A stretch of DNA of 64,000 nucleotides. Origin: Candidatus Rifleibacteriota bacterium (GTDB taxonomy: Bacteria; Muiribacteriota; Ozemobacteria; Ozemobacterales; Ozemobacteraceae). Both the position numbers and the translations under genes were made by a program. The stretch lies in NCBI GenBank assembly GCA_051747585.1, contig JBNJGH010000005.1:4037-68036 (forward strand), written 5' to 3'. Numbering within the stretch: the stretch's first letter is position 1; the number at the start of each line of letters is the position of its first letter. Shown here piece after piece: positions 47,937 to 57,316 of the stretch. The notes beneath the pieces are model-generated. The model made no database searches and was not told where the DNA came from. It was given only the letters and a program-made list of their open reading frames with translations.

Positions 47937-49031
47937 TTATAACCTTAATTTCTCTGCTGGAATTGCAATCTGAGCTCTTAATTTTTTCATTTCTCTGAAA
48001 GCCTCATGAAACATTTTATCTGAGCGAGGTAAAAGCCTTATAGCTTCTTTATAGTTTTTTATCGCTTTTTCGACTTTACCCATTTCGTTTAATTTATCTG
48101 CTCTGGTTTTATACAGATTGCCAAGTTTTCTTCTTGAATTAAGGAATTTATCTTCATAGACATTCACGCCGGTATAAGCTGGAGCAAAAGGATCGGTAAC
48201 CGTGAAAGAAGAGTAAAGATCAAGAGCTTCTTCATAGTCTTTGATCGCCGTTTCCCAAATTTCAGGAGCTTCGCATTCTTCGATTTCGGCAACATCTTCC
48301 TCTTTAAGGTGAGGGCTTATTTTATCGCTGATCTGCTGAAGAAAAGCATTGTATACCTTGTCGTGGCTGTCCAGCAATAACTGAGCTCGCTTGAGCAATG
48401 ATGCGGCACGAGCAAAACTCTGGGCATGAATGGCTTTATGAACTTTTGCCAGGTATGGTCTAATCAGACTTCTTTTGCATTCGGTGAGATTTTCGCGGAT
48501 ATACTTAACAAAACGATGATCTTCAGGCAGATTGATAATTTTTTTCATGGCAGCCTGATATTCCAGAATTGCTTCAGCAAAGTTCCCGGACTTTCTGAAA
48601 TTATCTCCACGATCCACAAATGGAGTAAGCTCAAGATGCAATAAATGATCCTGTTGCTTTGCCTTGGCCTTATCAAGAAGCTGCTTAATCTCTTCGAGAA
48701 ATTTAACGCTGTCTTCTTTTGCCAGTCGAGTAGCTTCTTCTAATTCTTCAATCGCTACCTGGTATACTTTGTTGTCTAACGCAGCCACGCCTTTATCACG
48801 ATGAAAATAAGCAAGCTTTTCGTTAACTTCTTCAAGGCGCTTTTCTATCTCTTTTTGACTTTCATGCAATTCTGGCGTTAACGGCCTGTCAGGATCAATC
48901 TCCTGAATAGCACTAAGTTCTTCCTGGGCTTGTAGATAGCTGATTTTAGCAGCACCCCAGTCAGATGCATCCTTTTTGGCGTCGCCGTCCATAATATAGG
49001 ATTGAATTACCAGATTGTTTTCATTAGTCAT
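47937..49031 (-). CDS. Cytoplasmic alpha-helical (TPR-like) hypothetical protein
   Basis: 364 aa, entirely helical and charged. It is the last gene before the GGDEF gene in the same minus-strand operon. Confidence 0.55.
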   Translation of the reverse strand: MTNENNLVIQSYIMDGDAKKDASDWGAAKISYLQAQEELSAIQEIDPDRPLTPELHESQKEIEKRLEEVNEKLAYFHRDKGVAALDNKVYQVAIEELEEATRLAKEDSVKFLEEIKQLLDKAKAKQQDHLLHLELTPFVDRGDNFRKSGNFAEAILEYQAAMKKIINLPEDHRFVKYIRENLTECKRSLIRPYLAKVHKAIHAQSFARAASLLKRAQLLLDSHDKVYNAFLQQISDKISPHLKEEDVAEIEECEAPEIWETAIKDYEEALDLYSSFTVTDPFAPAYTGVNVYEDKFLNSRRKLGNLYKTRADKLNEMGKVEKAIKNYKEAIRLLPRSDKMFHEAFREMKKLRAQIAIPAEKLRL

Positions 49032-49059
49032 TATTTTTCTCCTTCAACCAAACGTTGAG

Positions 49060-50574
49060 TCATCTTTTACCTGCAGATTTTTTTAGTCTGTCTGCTGCTC
49101 CGCGGGAGTCATAAAAGTTAATTCCACTTCCGCCGGGGCTACCGGCTTTGTTATAAGCATCAGTTGCCTGCCCGTAATCCTTCAGACGATAATTGATGTA
49201 ACCCAGCAGTGAATTGCCTTCATCATTGTCAGGTGTTATCGCCAGCATTTTTTTTATGGCTTGTTTTGCCGCCGGAAAATCTTCGGATTGAACATGGACC
49301 AATGCAATATTCCACCAGAGCTTTGCAGCTTTGGGAAATTTGTCTTTCAACTTATTCAAATATGACAAGGCAATCTTATATTTGCCTGCTTTCATCTTTG
49401 CTGCTGCGGTTTTGAAAATTGAATTTTCCATCAACTCAGCACTTTGATCTGCCACATTCTGATTCGAAGAAAAGTTTTTTTTGGGCAACTCAGTCGATTT
49501 TACCGATGAAAGGTCAATTTTGCCGTCGTTTTCAGAATAAGACATTAGAGCTTTTACCTTCTCTGTATATTGCGATGCAGGGAAAGTTGCCAGAAAAGCT
49601 TTACCCCAGCTCTGAACCGCCTTATGAACGCCCAGAATGGCTCGAAGTCTTATGGCTCGATAATAAGAATCTTCGACAAGCAAAGAAGAAGAGTGTTCAC
49701 GCAGAATTTTGTCATAATACTTACAAGCTTCGATTTTCTCTCCAAATCTACTGGTAAGATCAGCAAGCTCAAAAAGCACTTTATCCATGCCTTTTGCCGA
49801 AGATCCTTGTTCTTTGAGTTTATCTTGAAGAACAAGAATTTTTGCAACCAGTTCTTCGGGATTAGCTGATTTTTCTGGTTTCAATATCGCTTTAAGTAAC
49901 TTTGCCCTGTCGGGACTGACCTTATTTTTTGCAACTTTGTCTGCAGACGCCTCTGTCTTCCGTGCTTTACCTGAAGTTCCAGTCGGGGAACTTTTATTAG
50001 TTGTTTTAACGATTTCGTCAGCTTGACTACGTGGTTTAGTTTTGCTTGTTATAGTTTGCCGCTCTTTTTTTGCATAACTTGAATCAATGGCAGCCGGCGC
50101 TGTATCATCGGCTATTGTAAGCCTTTTTGCTTTTACAAACGATCGCGCAAGCTCAAAATAAGGACTTCTATTATGATTCTGCTTTATATAAGTAAAAAGC
50201 TTTTTGGCTTCTCTTTGATTCCCTCTGCCTGCTTGCGCCTGCATCAATCTGAAGGCAGCTTCAGCTTTCTCTTCTTTGTCTACAACCTTTTTGCGCAACC
50301 GCTGATAAATTTCGGCAGCCTTATCATACCTTCTAAGTTCTATTAGACAGTCACCAAGCATAAAAAGAGCAAGGTTTCTTTGTAAATCTTCTGAAGCCAG
50401 GTCAGCAGCCTTATAAAGTTTTTCAGCGGCCTGCTCAACTTTTCCGGCTGTCTTATCTTTCAAGGCATCGGTCATATAATCGGTGGCTTTTTTCTTCGCA
50501 AATGCCATACCTGCAAAGAATACAAAAACAAACAAAGTCACCAGGCCAACAACTTGATTCTTTTTAAAGCTCAT
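49060..50574 (-). CDS. Membrane-anchored TPR-repeat protein
   Basis: Preferred start is the ATG at 50574 with GAAGGA upstream. A TM (VVGLVTLFVFVFFAGMAFA) is followed by TPR repeats. Confidence 0.65.
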   Translation of the reverse strand: MSFKKNQVVGLVTLFVFVFFAGMAFAKKKATDYMTDALKDKTAGKVEQAAEKLYKAADLASEDLQRNLALFMLGDCLIELRRYDKAAEIYQRLRKKVVDKEEKAEAAFRLMQAQAGRGNQREAKKLFTYIKQNHNRSPYFELARSFVKAKRLTIADDTAPAAIDSSYAKKERQTITSKTKPRSQADEIVKTTNKSSPTGTSGKARKTEASADKVAKNKVSPDRAKLLKAILKPEKSANPEELVAKILVLQDKLKEQGSSAKGMDKVLFELADLTSRFGEKIEACKYYDKILREHSSSLLVEDSYYRAIRLRAILGVHKAVQSWGKAFLATFPASQYTEKVKALMSYSENDGKIDLSSVKSTELPKKNFSSNQNVADQSAELMENSIFKTAAAKMKAGKYKIALSYLNKLKDKFPKAAKLWWNIALVHVQSEDFPAAKQAIKKMLAITPDNDEGNSLLGYINYRLKDYGQATDAYNKAGSPGGSGINFYDSRGAADRLKKSAGKR

Positions 50575-50592
50575 TAAGCGTCCTTCTAACAA

Positions 50593-51915
50593 TTAACTTT
50601 CACTCTTCCGGAACCTATAGAATAAAACATAGAAGGCTACTACAGCAAGTACTATTACCAGAATAATACTAATGGCAGAAATTACATGATTTGTTTCGCG
50701 CTTTTTTTCAATTACACAAAGTTTCCAGGCCGGTAGATCAGCATTATAAAAACTGGTAAGAGGTCTGCAAAAAATATTCCAGCCATCTGCGCCATTATAA
50801 TACCGAGATTCATAACTGCCTTCAAATTTATCCATAACCGCACGAACCAGCTTTGAACAGATTTCAGAAGATGGTTCCATTTCTGAATTATGAAAAACTA
50901 TATTTCCATCTGAAATAAGAGTCTTTTTTCCGACAAGCCCACTAAAGTCTTTAAGCCAGACTGACACCGGCGCCAGGTCCAGTTCGGCAAGAACAAAACC
51001 GGCCGGTTTTCTATCTTTATCGCGAACGACAGAAGCCAGATTTACAAAATTTCTATCAAGCTTTTGCTCAAATCTGATTTTCCCCCACCAGTTTATTTTA
51101 TTCTTTGCCAGATAACGGCAAATCATATCAATATTTTCAACGGGTGCAGGTTCACCTTCAATTGAATAAAAAGACTGTCTGATTCCGCTTCGATCATATA
51201 AACTTACAGATCTAAAAAACGACTTTCGGCTAAGCGCTTTTGACAAAAAAACTTCAAATTGATTACGTGCCAAACTGAAATCTTCTCTTTTCAAACCAAT
51301 CAGATTGTCAAAAAATCGAGCGAACTCAACCAGGGGCTCAAATAATATCTGGACATATTCAACAGCTGTACCGGTAATCTTACGAGCAAAAGAAACTTTT
51401 TCGCTAATTCTTAAGACATCCCCATCATCTGCAGTCATACCTGACAGCAATAAACCTCTGGGGGAATCATCTTCAAGCTCAAATTCGATAAACATAAACT
51501 CATATAAAGCTCTTCTAATAGCGGCAGCCGGCAGCTCGCTCCAGTAGATCATGTTTTTGCGCAAACTAAGGAACTTTTCATACGCCAGGCCAATAAAAAA
51601 TTGGCTGGCTTCGATTAAGCCTGTTAATTTGCGCTGTTTTGCAATCAATCCAGCCTTTAAAGTTGAACCGGAAGCAAATATGTTTGTTGCCGGAACTCGG
51701 GCAACACTGTTTAAATGGGCTTGCGAAGTTTGCAGAAAATGAACCACAACCGAGGCCAGAAACTGAGATTGCATATCAGCCTTTTTTTCAAGCTTTTTAG
51801 CCTTTTCGCTATTGAGATAGGAATTTAGATGGAAGATTTGCGCCGTAAAACCTAGAAAAACAGCTAACAAAATAAAAAAAACATACTTTTGCCTATTTAT
51901 ATTTTGCTCTTCCAT
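50593..51915 (-). CDS. Membrane protein with periplasmic sensor-like domain bounded by two TM helices and no output domain
   Basis: 440 aa. An N-terminal TM (YVFFILLAVFLGFTAQIF) and a C-terminal TM (VISAISIILVIVLAVVAFYVLFY) flank a ~380-aa extracytoplasmic domain. It is the first gene of the minus-strand operon ending in the CHASE2-GGDEF gene. Confidence 0.55.
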   Translation of the reverse strand: MEEQNINRQKYVFFILLAVFLGFTAQIFHLNSYLNSEKAKKLEKKADMQSQFLASVVVHFLQTSQAHLNSVARVPATNIFASGSTLKAGLIAKQRKLTGLIEASQFFIGLAYEKFLSLRKNMIYWSELPAAAIRRALYEFMFIEFELEDDSPRGLLLSGMTADDGDVLRISEKVSFARKITGTAVEYVQILFEPLVEFARFFDNLIGLKREDFSLARNQFEVFLSKALSRKSFFRSVSLYDRSGIRQSFYSIEGEPAPVENIDMICRYLAKNKINWWGKIRFEQKLDRNFVNLASVVRDKDRKPAGFVLAELDLAPVSVWLKDFSGLVGKKTLISDGNIVFHNSEMEPSSEICSKLVRAVMDKFEGSYESRYYNGADGWNIFCRPLTSFYNADLPAWKLCVIEKKRETNHVISAISIILVIVLAVVAFYVLFYRFRKSES

Positions 51916-51997
51916 GAAATCCTAAACTTTGTTTTTCATTATGCCGATATATTTACTAGAACGTAAAACTAAAAACGACAAAAAAGGAGGCCCGGAC

Positions 51998-52132
51998 ATG
52001 CTTTGCCCACAATGCAGCGCATCAATGGTCAGAAAATCTCACAACGGACGACAATCACCTTATTTCACCCTCAACTGCAATCACTGCAAATTTGTTATTT
52101 TCTATCGCGGACAATTCAATAACGAAGAATAA
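51998..52132 (+). CDS. Small (44 aa) C4 zinc-ribbon protein
   Basis: AAGGAGG lies 7 nt upstream of the ATG at 51998. The sequence MLCPQCSASMVRKSHNGRQSPYFTLNCNHCKF carries CxxC…CxxC. The ORF track's longer ORF from 51929 lacks an RBS. Confidence 0.5.
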   Translation: MLCPQCSASMVRKSHNGRQSPYFTLNCNHCKFVIFYRGQFNNEE

Positions 52133-52591
52133 TTTAACTTAAAGTCATAATAGAACAGAATAAGAGTTAAATCAACCTTAATAAGGCTCTATCGGTAGCT
52201 ATAAAAGTAATTTCCCCGGCTTTTAAACTTGATTATATGCTAGAAATGAGCAAACAGGGCCTTATAAAATGACTGCGCACCCACCCTCTATTCGTACTGG
52301 CTAATTTTTAAGGGAGCCTGAAAAAACAAAGCGGCAGCATTCGCCACCGTTCAAAGCCTGAAAATTCTGCTATCTTTTTCAATCATTCACGAATTATTAT
52401 CTGAGCATTTTCCAGCCGGATTCCCACCATATACGGCTACTAGTCCTACAAACCGGTTGGGTTCTCGTAGTTAAATTCTTACGAGCTGAAACGGCAAGGT
52501 TACCCTTAACTTGAATATGCTCTTCGTTTTCCAGATTTTTATTTCTACGATAGTTTAAATACGAGTTCGAAAACATCTCGTGCTTCAACAT

Positions 52592-52858
52592 TTATCTGCT
52601 CCTGACTCCGTTTCGATGCTGACCATTGCAGATACAATCGAGTTCAGTTTCAAGTTCACGCAATTTGCGGTCTATTACATTCAAGCGATCTATTTCTTCA
52701 CGGCATTTCTCTGAAATTTCAACTTCTACGGATTTTTCTTCTTTTCGCAAAGCCTCGATTGAATTCTGGATAAGCTTAACTTTCAGCCTCTCCTCATTAT
52801 CGAGCTGAACCTTAGTTGCTGGCTCTTTTGATTTAAATAGAGGAACTAAAACGCCCAT
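52592..52858 (-). CDS. Small coiled-coil protein (88 aa, hypothetical)
   Basis: GGAGG lies 6 nt upstream of the ATG at 52856-52858 on the minus strand. The protein is a heptad-rich charged helix (…LRKEEKSVEVEISEKCREEIDRLNVIDRKLRELETELD…). Confidence 0.45.
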   Translation of the reverse strand: MGVLVPLFKSKEPATKVQLDNEERLKVKLIQNSIEALRKEEKSVEVEISEKCREEIDRLNVIDRKLRELETELDCICNGQHRNGVRSR

Positions 52859-53193
52859 GTACAGCCTCCAAATAATTTATATATGCCGGATTTTTTTGTC
52901 CGCCATCACTTACTATCGGCATGCAGTAAACTTAAATTTAATCCTTGTTTGCCCCTGCTGTTTGTCGCACTGCCGGGATATTCATGGCTGAATACCTTCC
53001 TTTGCTCCAACAACACATCAAACAAAGCCTTTAAGCCTCAAAGCTAACAAAGAAGAGAATTAAATAATCGAAAAGCCTTTCCCGATCGTGATACCGAATT
53101 GCGATGACTGCTCGGGCAGCAATTCTCGGTCAATTATTATTTGCTATTTACAAAACAGTTCTGGTTTTATTTCTTTCTGTCAAATATAGAATT

Positions 53194-53357
53194 TAAACCA
53201 CTGAGGCCACCGAGGGCGCAGAGTTGATTTTTTAATCTTTTTCAGCCAGGATTTTGTCCTGTGGACAAATAGCCGGCGGTTTCATTGCCCGGCTTTTCCT
53301 TCTTCAGCAAGCCTTCAGAAAAACACGAGTGCTTTTCTGAAACGAGTTGATAGTCTC
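53194..53357 (+). repeat. Copy B of the conserved modular intergenic element (M1 53194-53248, variable spacer with two small hairpins, M2/M3 53304-53357)
   Basis: This copy has the same blocks as 13236-13545 in the same order and orientation. M2 and M3 are contiguous here. It ends ~105 nt upstream of the phoH2 ATG. Confidence 0.6.
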
Positions 53358-53463
53358 TCACCGAGAATTACTACTGCTCGGGTGTAAGTTTGACAGAAAG
53401 TTTAGCTCTATGCTAATTTTGGACTGATTTATATTAATTTTTTTTTAGAATAGGAAACTTTAG

Positions 53464-54771
53464 ATGAAAAAAACCTTCGTGGTTGATACTAACGTGATCC
53501 TGCACAGTCATCAGTCCCTTTTTTCTTTTAAAGACAACGATGTTGTTATTCCCCTTGGAGTTATTGAAGAATTAGATCGATTCAAAGGCTTCAACGATGA
53601 ACGAGGCCGTGAAGCACGACAAGCATCCAGAGAGCTGGATGAGCTCAGACACAAGGGGAACCTCAGCAAAGGGGTAAAACTGGAATCGGGCGGATCCATT
53701 CAAGTAATTCTTGACAGTGATATTGAACTCCCTTACGGGTTAGACGGCAAAAAGGTCGACAATCGAATTATTGCCTGCGCGCTTCACCTTAAAAACAGCG
53801 GGCAAAATGCCTATCTGATCAGCAAAGACATTAATTGTCGCATTAAAGCCGATGCCCTGGGCATTCCAACCGAAGACTTCGAAACAAACAAGATCGATAT
53901 TGATGAGCTTTACTCGGGCTGGAGAGAGCTGGTAATGCCGGTTAACAAAATTGAAAGATTTCTACGCGAAGAATCGCTCGAGTATGAAGAAAACGATCTT
54001 TTCAGAAATGAGTTTCTTCTTCTGAAGGCTGCAGAAAATGAAAACAAAACTGCATTGGCAAAATATGATGGCGAAGCAAAATTGTTACGCCCACTGTTTC
54101 ATGTAAACGCGAAGCCATGGGGTGTAGAGCCTCTCAATCTTCAACAGAAATTTGCAATTGAACTGCTGCTATGCAATGAAATAGAGTTGGTAACTCTTGT
54201 AGGGAGAGCCGGAACCGGTAAAACTCTTCTTGCTTTGGCCAGCGGATTACAAAAGACTATTGACGAGCACCTGTTTAGAAAACTGCTGGTCAGTCGTCCA
54301 ATTATGCCACTTGGCAAAGATATAGGCTTTCTTCCCGGTTCAAAAGACGAGAAACTCAGCCACTGGATGCAACCAATATTTGATAATCTTGAATTCGTAA
54401 TGGATCGACTTTACAAAAATTCCGACGATGTAGACAAAAAAATTCGCTTTCTCATTGAATCCCAGAAAGTTCAAATCGAAGCGATAACCTATATCAGAGG
54501 TAGAAGCATTCCAAAACAGTTCCTTATTGTCGATGAAGCACAGAACCTTACCCCTCATGAAGTAAAAACTATTATCAGCCGAGCCGGCGAAGGAACCAAA
54601 GTTGTATTAACCGGAGACCCTTATCAAATAGACAACCCATACCTTGACAGCTCTTCTAACGGGCTGAATTTTGTTATCGAAAAATTCAAAGACCATAAGC
54701 TTTTCGGTCACATAATACTGCACAAATCAGAGCGATCATCTCTCTCGGCTCTTGCTTCAGAATTGCTCTGA
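53464..54771 (+). CDS. PhoH2: N-terminal PIN-domain nuclease fused to PhoH-like P-loop ATPase
   Basis: The PIN acidic core is present (VVDTNVILHSHQ…DNRIIACALHL). The PhoH Walker A is LVGRAGTGKTLLALA and the Walker B is FLIVDEAQN. Length is 435 aa. Confidence 0.9.
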   Translation: MKKTFVVDTNVILHSHQSLFSFKDNDVVIPLGVIEELDRFKGFNDERGREARQASRELDELRHKGNLSKGVKLESGGSIQVILDSDIELPYGLDGKKVDNRIIACALHLKNSGQNAYLISKDINCRIKADALGIPTEDFETNKIDIDELYSGWRELVMPVNKIERFLREESLEYEENDLFRNEFLLLKAAENENKTALAKYDGEAKLLRPLFHVNAKPWGVEPLNLQQKFAIELLLCNEIELVTLVGRAGTGKTLLALASGLQKTIDEHLFRKLLVSRPIMPLGKDIGFLPGSKDEKLSHWMQPIFDNLEFVMDRLYKNSDDVDKKIRFLIESQKVQIEAITYIRGRSIPKQFLIVDEAQNLTPHEVKTIISRAGEGTKVVLTGDPYQIDNPYLDSSSNGLNFVIEKFKDHKLFGHIILHKSERSSLSALASELL

Positions 54772-54796
54772 CAAATAAAAAAGAGGATATTAAGTT

Positions 54797-55705
54797 ATGT
54801 TTGTTTGCAGAAAAAAGGCAATAACTTTTCTTGAGATAATTGTTGCGGTGGCAATTCTATCTATTGCGATGATTCCTCTGTTTGCTCTTATGAGTAAAGA
54901 AACAGTTGAGACCGACAAGAACGCTTCAGAGGCATTTGCCATAAACAAGGCCTCTGAAGTTCTTAATTCAGTTCTCGACAATATTCCTTTTGCCGCTCTC
55001 AGACAGGGGAATCCTGGATACATAAAGGTAGACGACTTAAAAGAGGGATTTGATACCGGTAAATACAGCGATACCTGGGCTAAAAATTTAAGCAAAATGC
55101 TTTTTGGCAACGAAGGTAAAGAATCTGCCGGTTATCCCTGTCGCGGCATAATAAAAGATGCCCGGGGCATTTACTATCTGGTTCATATGCGAGTTGAAGA
55201 CGTGACCTCCAAGATCAAACCGCCCCGGCCTGATAAGGTTAGAGTTGGCCCGGCATTTCCCGATGACAGTCCCACTTCTTTTTCTGAGCGCAACGAAATG
55301 ACTTTTTCGTTTTTAAAAAATCCCGCTTTAATTTCAGACGGCAGCTGGTATGTTGATTATGCTGAAAATCCAAAAGATCCGGACAAACCTCTGACCGAAC
55401 TGGACCTGGGTTCAGGGCGCGGAGTGGCAGAGCCCTCAAACAACATATACCTGGATCAGGGCATGGAGGGGTATCCCCCGGACGCTCCCCGTTACCTGGA
55501 TCCGACAGCAGTGCGATATACCCAGAAGATGATTAGTTCCAAAGTTCCCTATGACACAAGCGAACAGTTTGCCTGGTGCACTATGAAAAAAGTTCTGGTA
55601 CAAGTGCAATGGAACCTCGATCAGAAATTCTTTAAAACCCCGGGAACCGATGAGGGACGAGTGCAAAGAGTACATCTTATGACTCTGAAAGGGGATATAG
55701 ACTGA
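54797..55705 (+). CDS. Prepilin-type N-terminal domain protein (pseudopilin / minor pilin-like), Ala at −1
   Basis: The N-terminus is MFVCRKKA|ITFLEIIVAVAILSIAMIPL. This gives a class III signal with Glu at +5 and a hydrophobic helix, but the residue preceding the predicted cleavage site is Ala, not Gly. Confidence 0.65.
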   Translation: MFVCRKKAITFLEIIVAVAILSIAMIPLFALMSKETVETDKNASEAFAINKASEVLNSVLDNIPFAALRQGNPGYIKVDDLKEGFDTGKYSDTWAKNLSKMLFGNEGKESAGYPCRGIIKDARGIYYLVHMRVEDVTSKIKPPRPDKVRVGPAFPDDSPTSFSERNEMTFSFLKNPALISDGSWYVDYAENPKDPDKPLTELDLGSGRGVAEPSNNIYLDQGMEGYPPDAPRYLDPTAVRYTQKMISSKVPYDTSEQFAWCTMKKVLVQVQWNLDQKFFKTPGTDEGRVQRVHLMTLKGDID

Positions 55706-56565
55706 TGAAAGATCTTAAAGCAACCAACAAAAAACGTGGCGTAGCCATTGTAATAGCTATTTTTTTCTCATTTTGCATGCTGATCCTTTTTGTCACCATG
55801 ATTTTTCAACGCACTGAGACTGCCGGTCACAATAAACTAACCGTAGAAGATCGCCAGGCGTTCTTTGCATCAAGAGCTGCAATACAGCATTTCCTCGTAA
55901 AAGCCAAACTTTTTCCAACCGAGCTTTATGATGCAGTTGAATTTTCTCTTGGCAAAAACCCGCTATGTAATTTCACTGAATTTTCAGGAACCTATCAGGG
56001 CAGCAATGCTTTTGAACCGATGAGTTCAAAGCCTGAAGTTTATGTGAGAGTTCACCCAACCCGTGAGCTGGATATAAACAAAAAACCCAAATATTTTTAT
56101 TTTCCGTTACCGAACACCAATGCCTTTATAAGGCTTGGAAGTTTTCACAATCCGGATTACCGTTTTCTTGCCAAAGGCCTTGCAACGAATGATCTTAAAA
56201 GCAGATATATCAAGCCCAAACGACCAGCCAAAAATTTGAAGCCCCATAAATACTTGAAATACTACATTAGAGACTGTACTAACATGATTGTAGATAACAC
56301 CAGAATGCAGCCTCCACTCGAAATAGTAATAGATAATGACATAAAAAAGATAACTGATTGGGACGTGGCTACCAATGAAGGATATCCCTACACCCTACAA
56401 TACAGGGTTCAAAACGTTGAAATTCAATCGATCAAGGGCTTGAGAAAATATGGCGAAGAAGCGATTGAAATTGCAGTAGAAGGACAAACTAAAAACTTCC
56501 AGGGCAAATTAGCCAGTCAGATTCAAAAGAAAACCGAAAAAATCACCCGAAGAGGGGCATTATGA
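55705..56565 (+). CDS. Membrane-anchored hypothetical protein in pilin cluster (GspK/PilX-like candidate, no Glu+5)
   Basis: The N-terminus MKDLKATNKKRGVAIVIAIFFSFCMLILFVTMIF has a single N-terminal TM. It is translationally coupled to its neighbours, with an ATGA overlap at its 3' end. Confidence 0.5.
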   Translation: MKDLKATNKKRGVAIVIAIFFSFCMLILFVTMIFQRTETAGHNKLTVEDRQAFFASRAAIQHFLVKAKLFPTELYDAVEFSLGKNPLCNFTEFSGTYQGSNAFEPMSSKPEVYVRVHPTRELDINKKPKYFYFPLPNTNAFIRLGSFHNPDYRFLAKGLATNDLKSRYIKPKRPAKNLKPHKYLKYYIRDCTNMIVDNTRMQPPLEIVIDNDIKKITDWDVATNEGYPYTLQYRVQNVEIQSIKGLRKYGEEAIEIAVEGQTKNFQGKLASQIQKKTEKITRRGAL

Positions 56566-57293
56566 TGTCTAAAAAAGCTTTCACCATGGTCGAGCTAATG
56601 GTGGCCTGCGTTATTCTCGCGCTTTTTATGGTTGGAGTTTATCAACTTTTTATCGGTGGAACAAAATCAGCCGGAAGAGCCCGATGGATAAGCGGAACCG
56701 TCGATCAGATGAGAAATGCCCTGACTCTATTGAATCGCGAAATTAAAAGTGCAACCTACCCATCGACTTTATTTAGCGACACTTTTTTTGATCCCTGCGA
56801 CAATCCCGACAATTCAGTAGCAGAAGAATTTTATCTGAAAATTCTAAAAACAGGCGAGCCAATTACACCACCAACTACCGGAGAACTAAAAATTATGGAA
56901 TGGTCGGTTTGCGAACCCGAAAAACCACCCCAGCCGGGAAAAATTGTTAAACATGTGCTTGTCTTGAAAACCAGCAAAACTTCGGCAAAGGAAACTCTCG
57001 GAAGACTGCATCTTACATCTAATGCATTCAAATATACCACTGATAAAACAGCAGAATATGCCAAATCGGGGAATTTATCGCTTACTCCAATCGAAGATGA
57101 AAAAAGTTCGAGAACCTTGGTTCACGATGTTCAATTTGTAGAATTTTCAGTTGCAGGCAATATTCCTCCAGATAAACCAGTAGACTTTTTTCCGATTTCG
57201 GTTAAAATACGTACTCTGTATCCTAAAGACAATAAAGTGTTCAAAGAAAACTCAATTATGGCAACTCCACAAGTAGGTATTGATACATTTTAA
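56562..57293 (+). CDS. Prepilin-type N-terminal cleavage/methylation domain protein, Ala at −1
   Basis: MMSKKA|FTMVELMVACVILALFMVGVY gives a textbook FTxxE pilin N-terminus with E+5, but Ala precedes the predicted cleavage site. Confidence 0.7.
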   Translation: MMSKKAFTMVELMVACVILALFMVGVYQLFIGGTKSAGRARWISGTVDQMRNALTLLNREIKSATYPSTLFSDTFFDPCDNPDNSVAEEFYLKILKTGEPITPPTTGELKIMEWSVCEPEKPPQPGKIVKHVLVLKTSKTSAKETLGRLHLTSNAFKYTTDKTAEYAKSGNLSLTPIEDEKSSRTLVHDVQFVEFSVAGNIPPDKPVDFFPISVKIRTLYPKDNKVFKENSIMATPQVGIDTF

Positions 57294-57316
57294 ATTTAAC
57301 TGTATAGTGTTCTGTC

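Noticed and set aside
52133-52590. tmRNA / RNase P RNA / SRP RNA in the large non-coding stretch
   Set aside because: I looked for the tmRNA 5'/3' tRNA-like ends (GGGG…GATTCGACG, GGTTCGATTCC…CCA), RNase P CR-I/II/IV blocks (GGAAAGUCCGG, AGGGUGAAA.GGUG, ACAGAACCCGGCUUA) and the SRP domain IV motif. None is present on either strand. Only weak partial resemblances were seen (e.g. ttgaacggtggcg).
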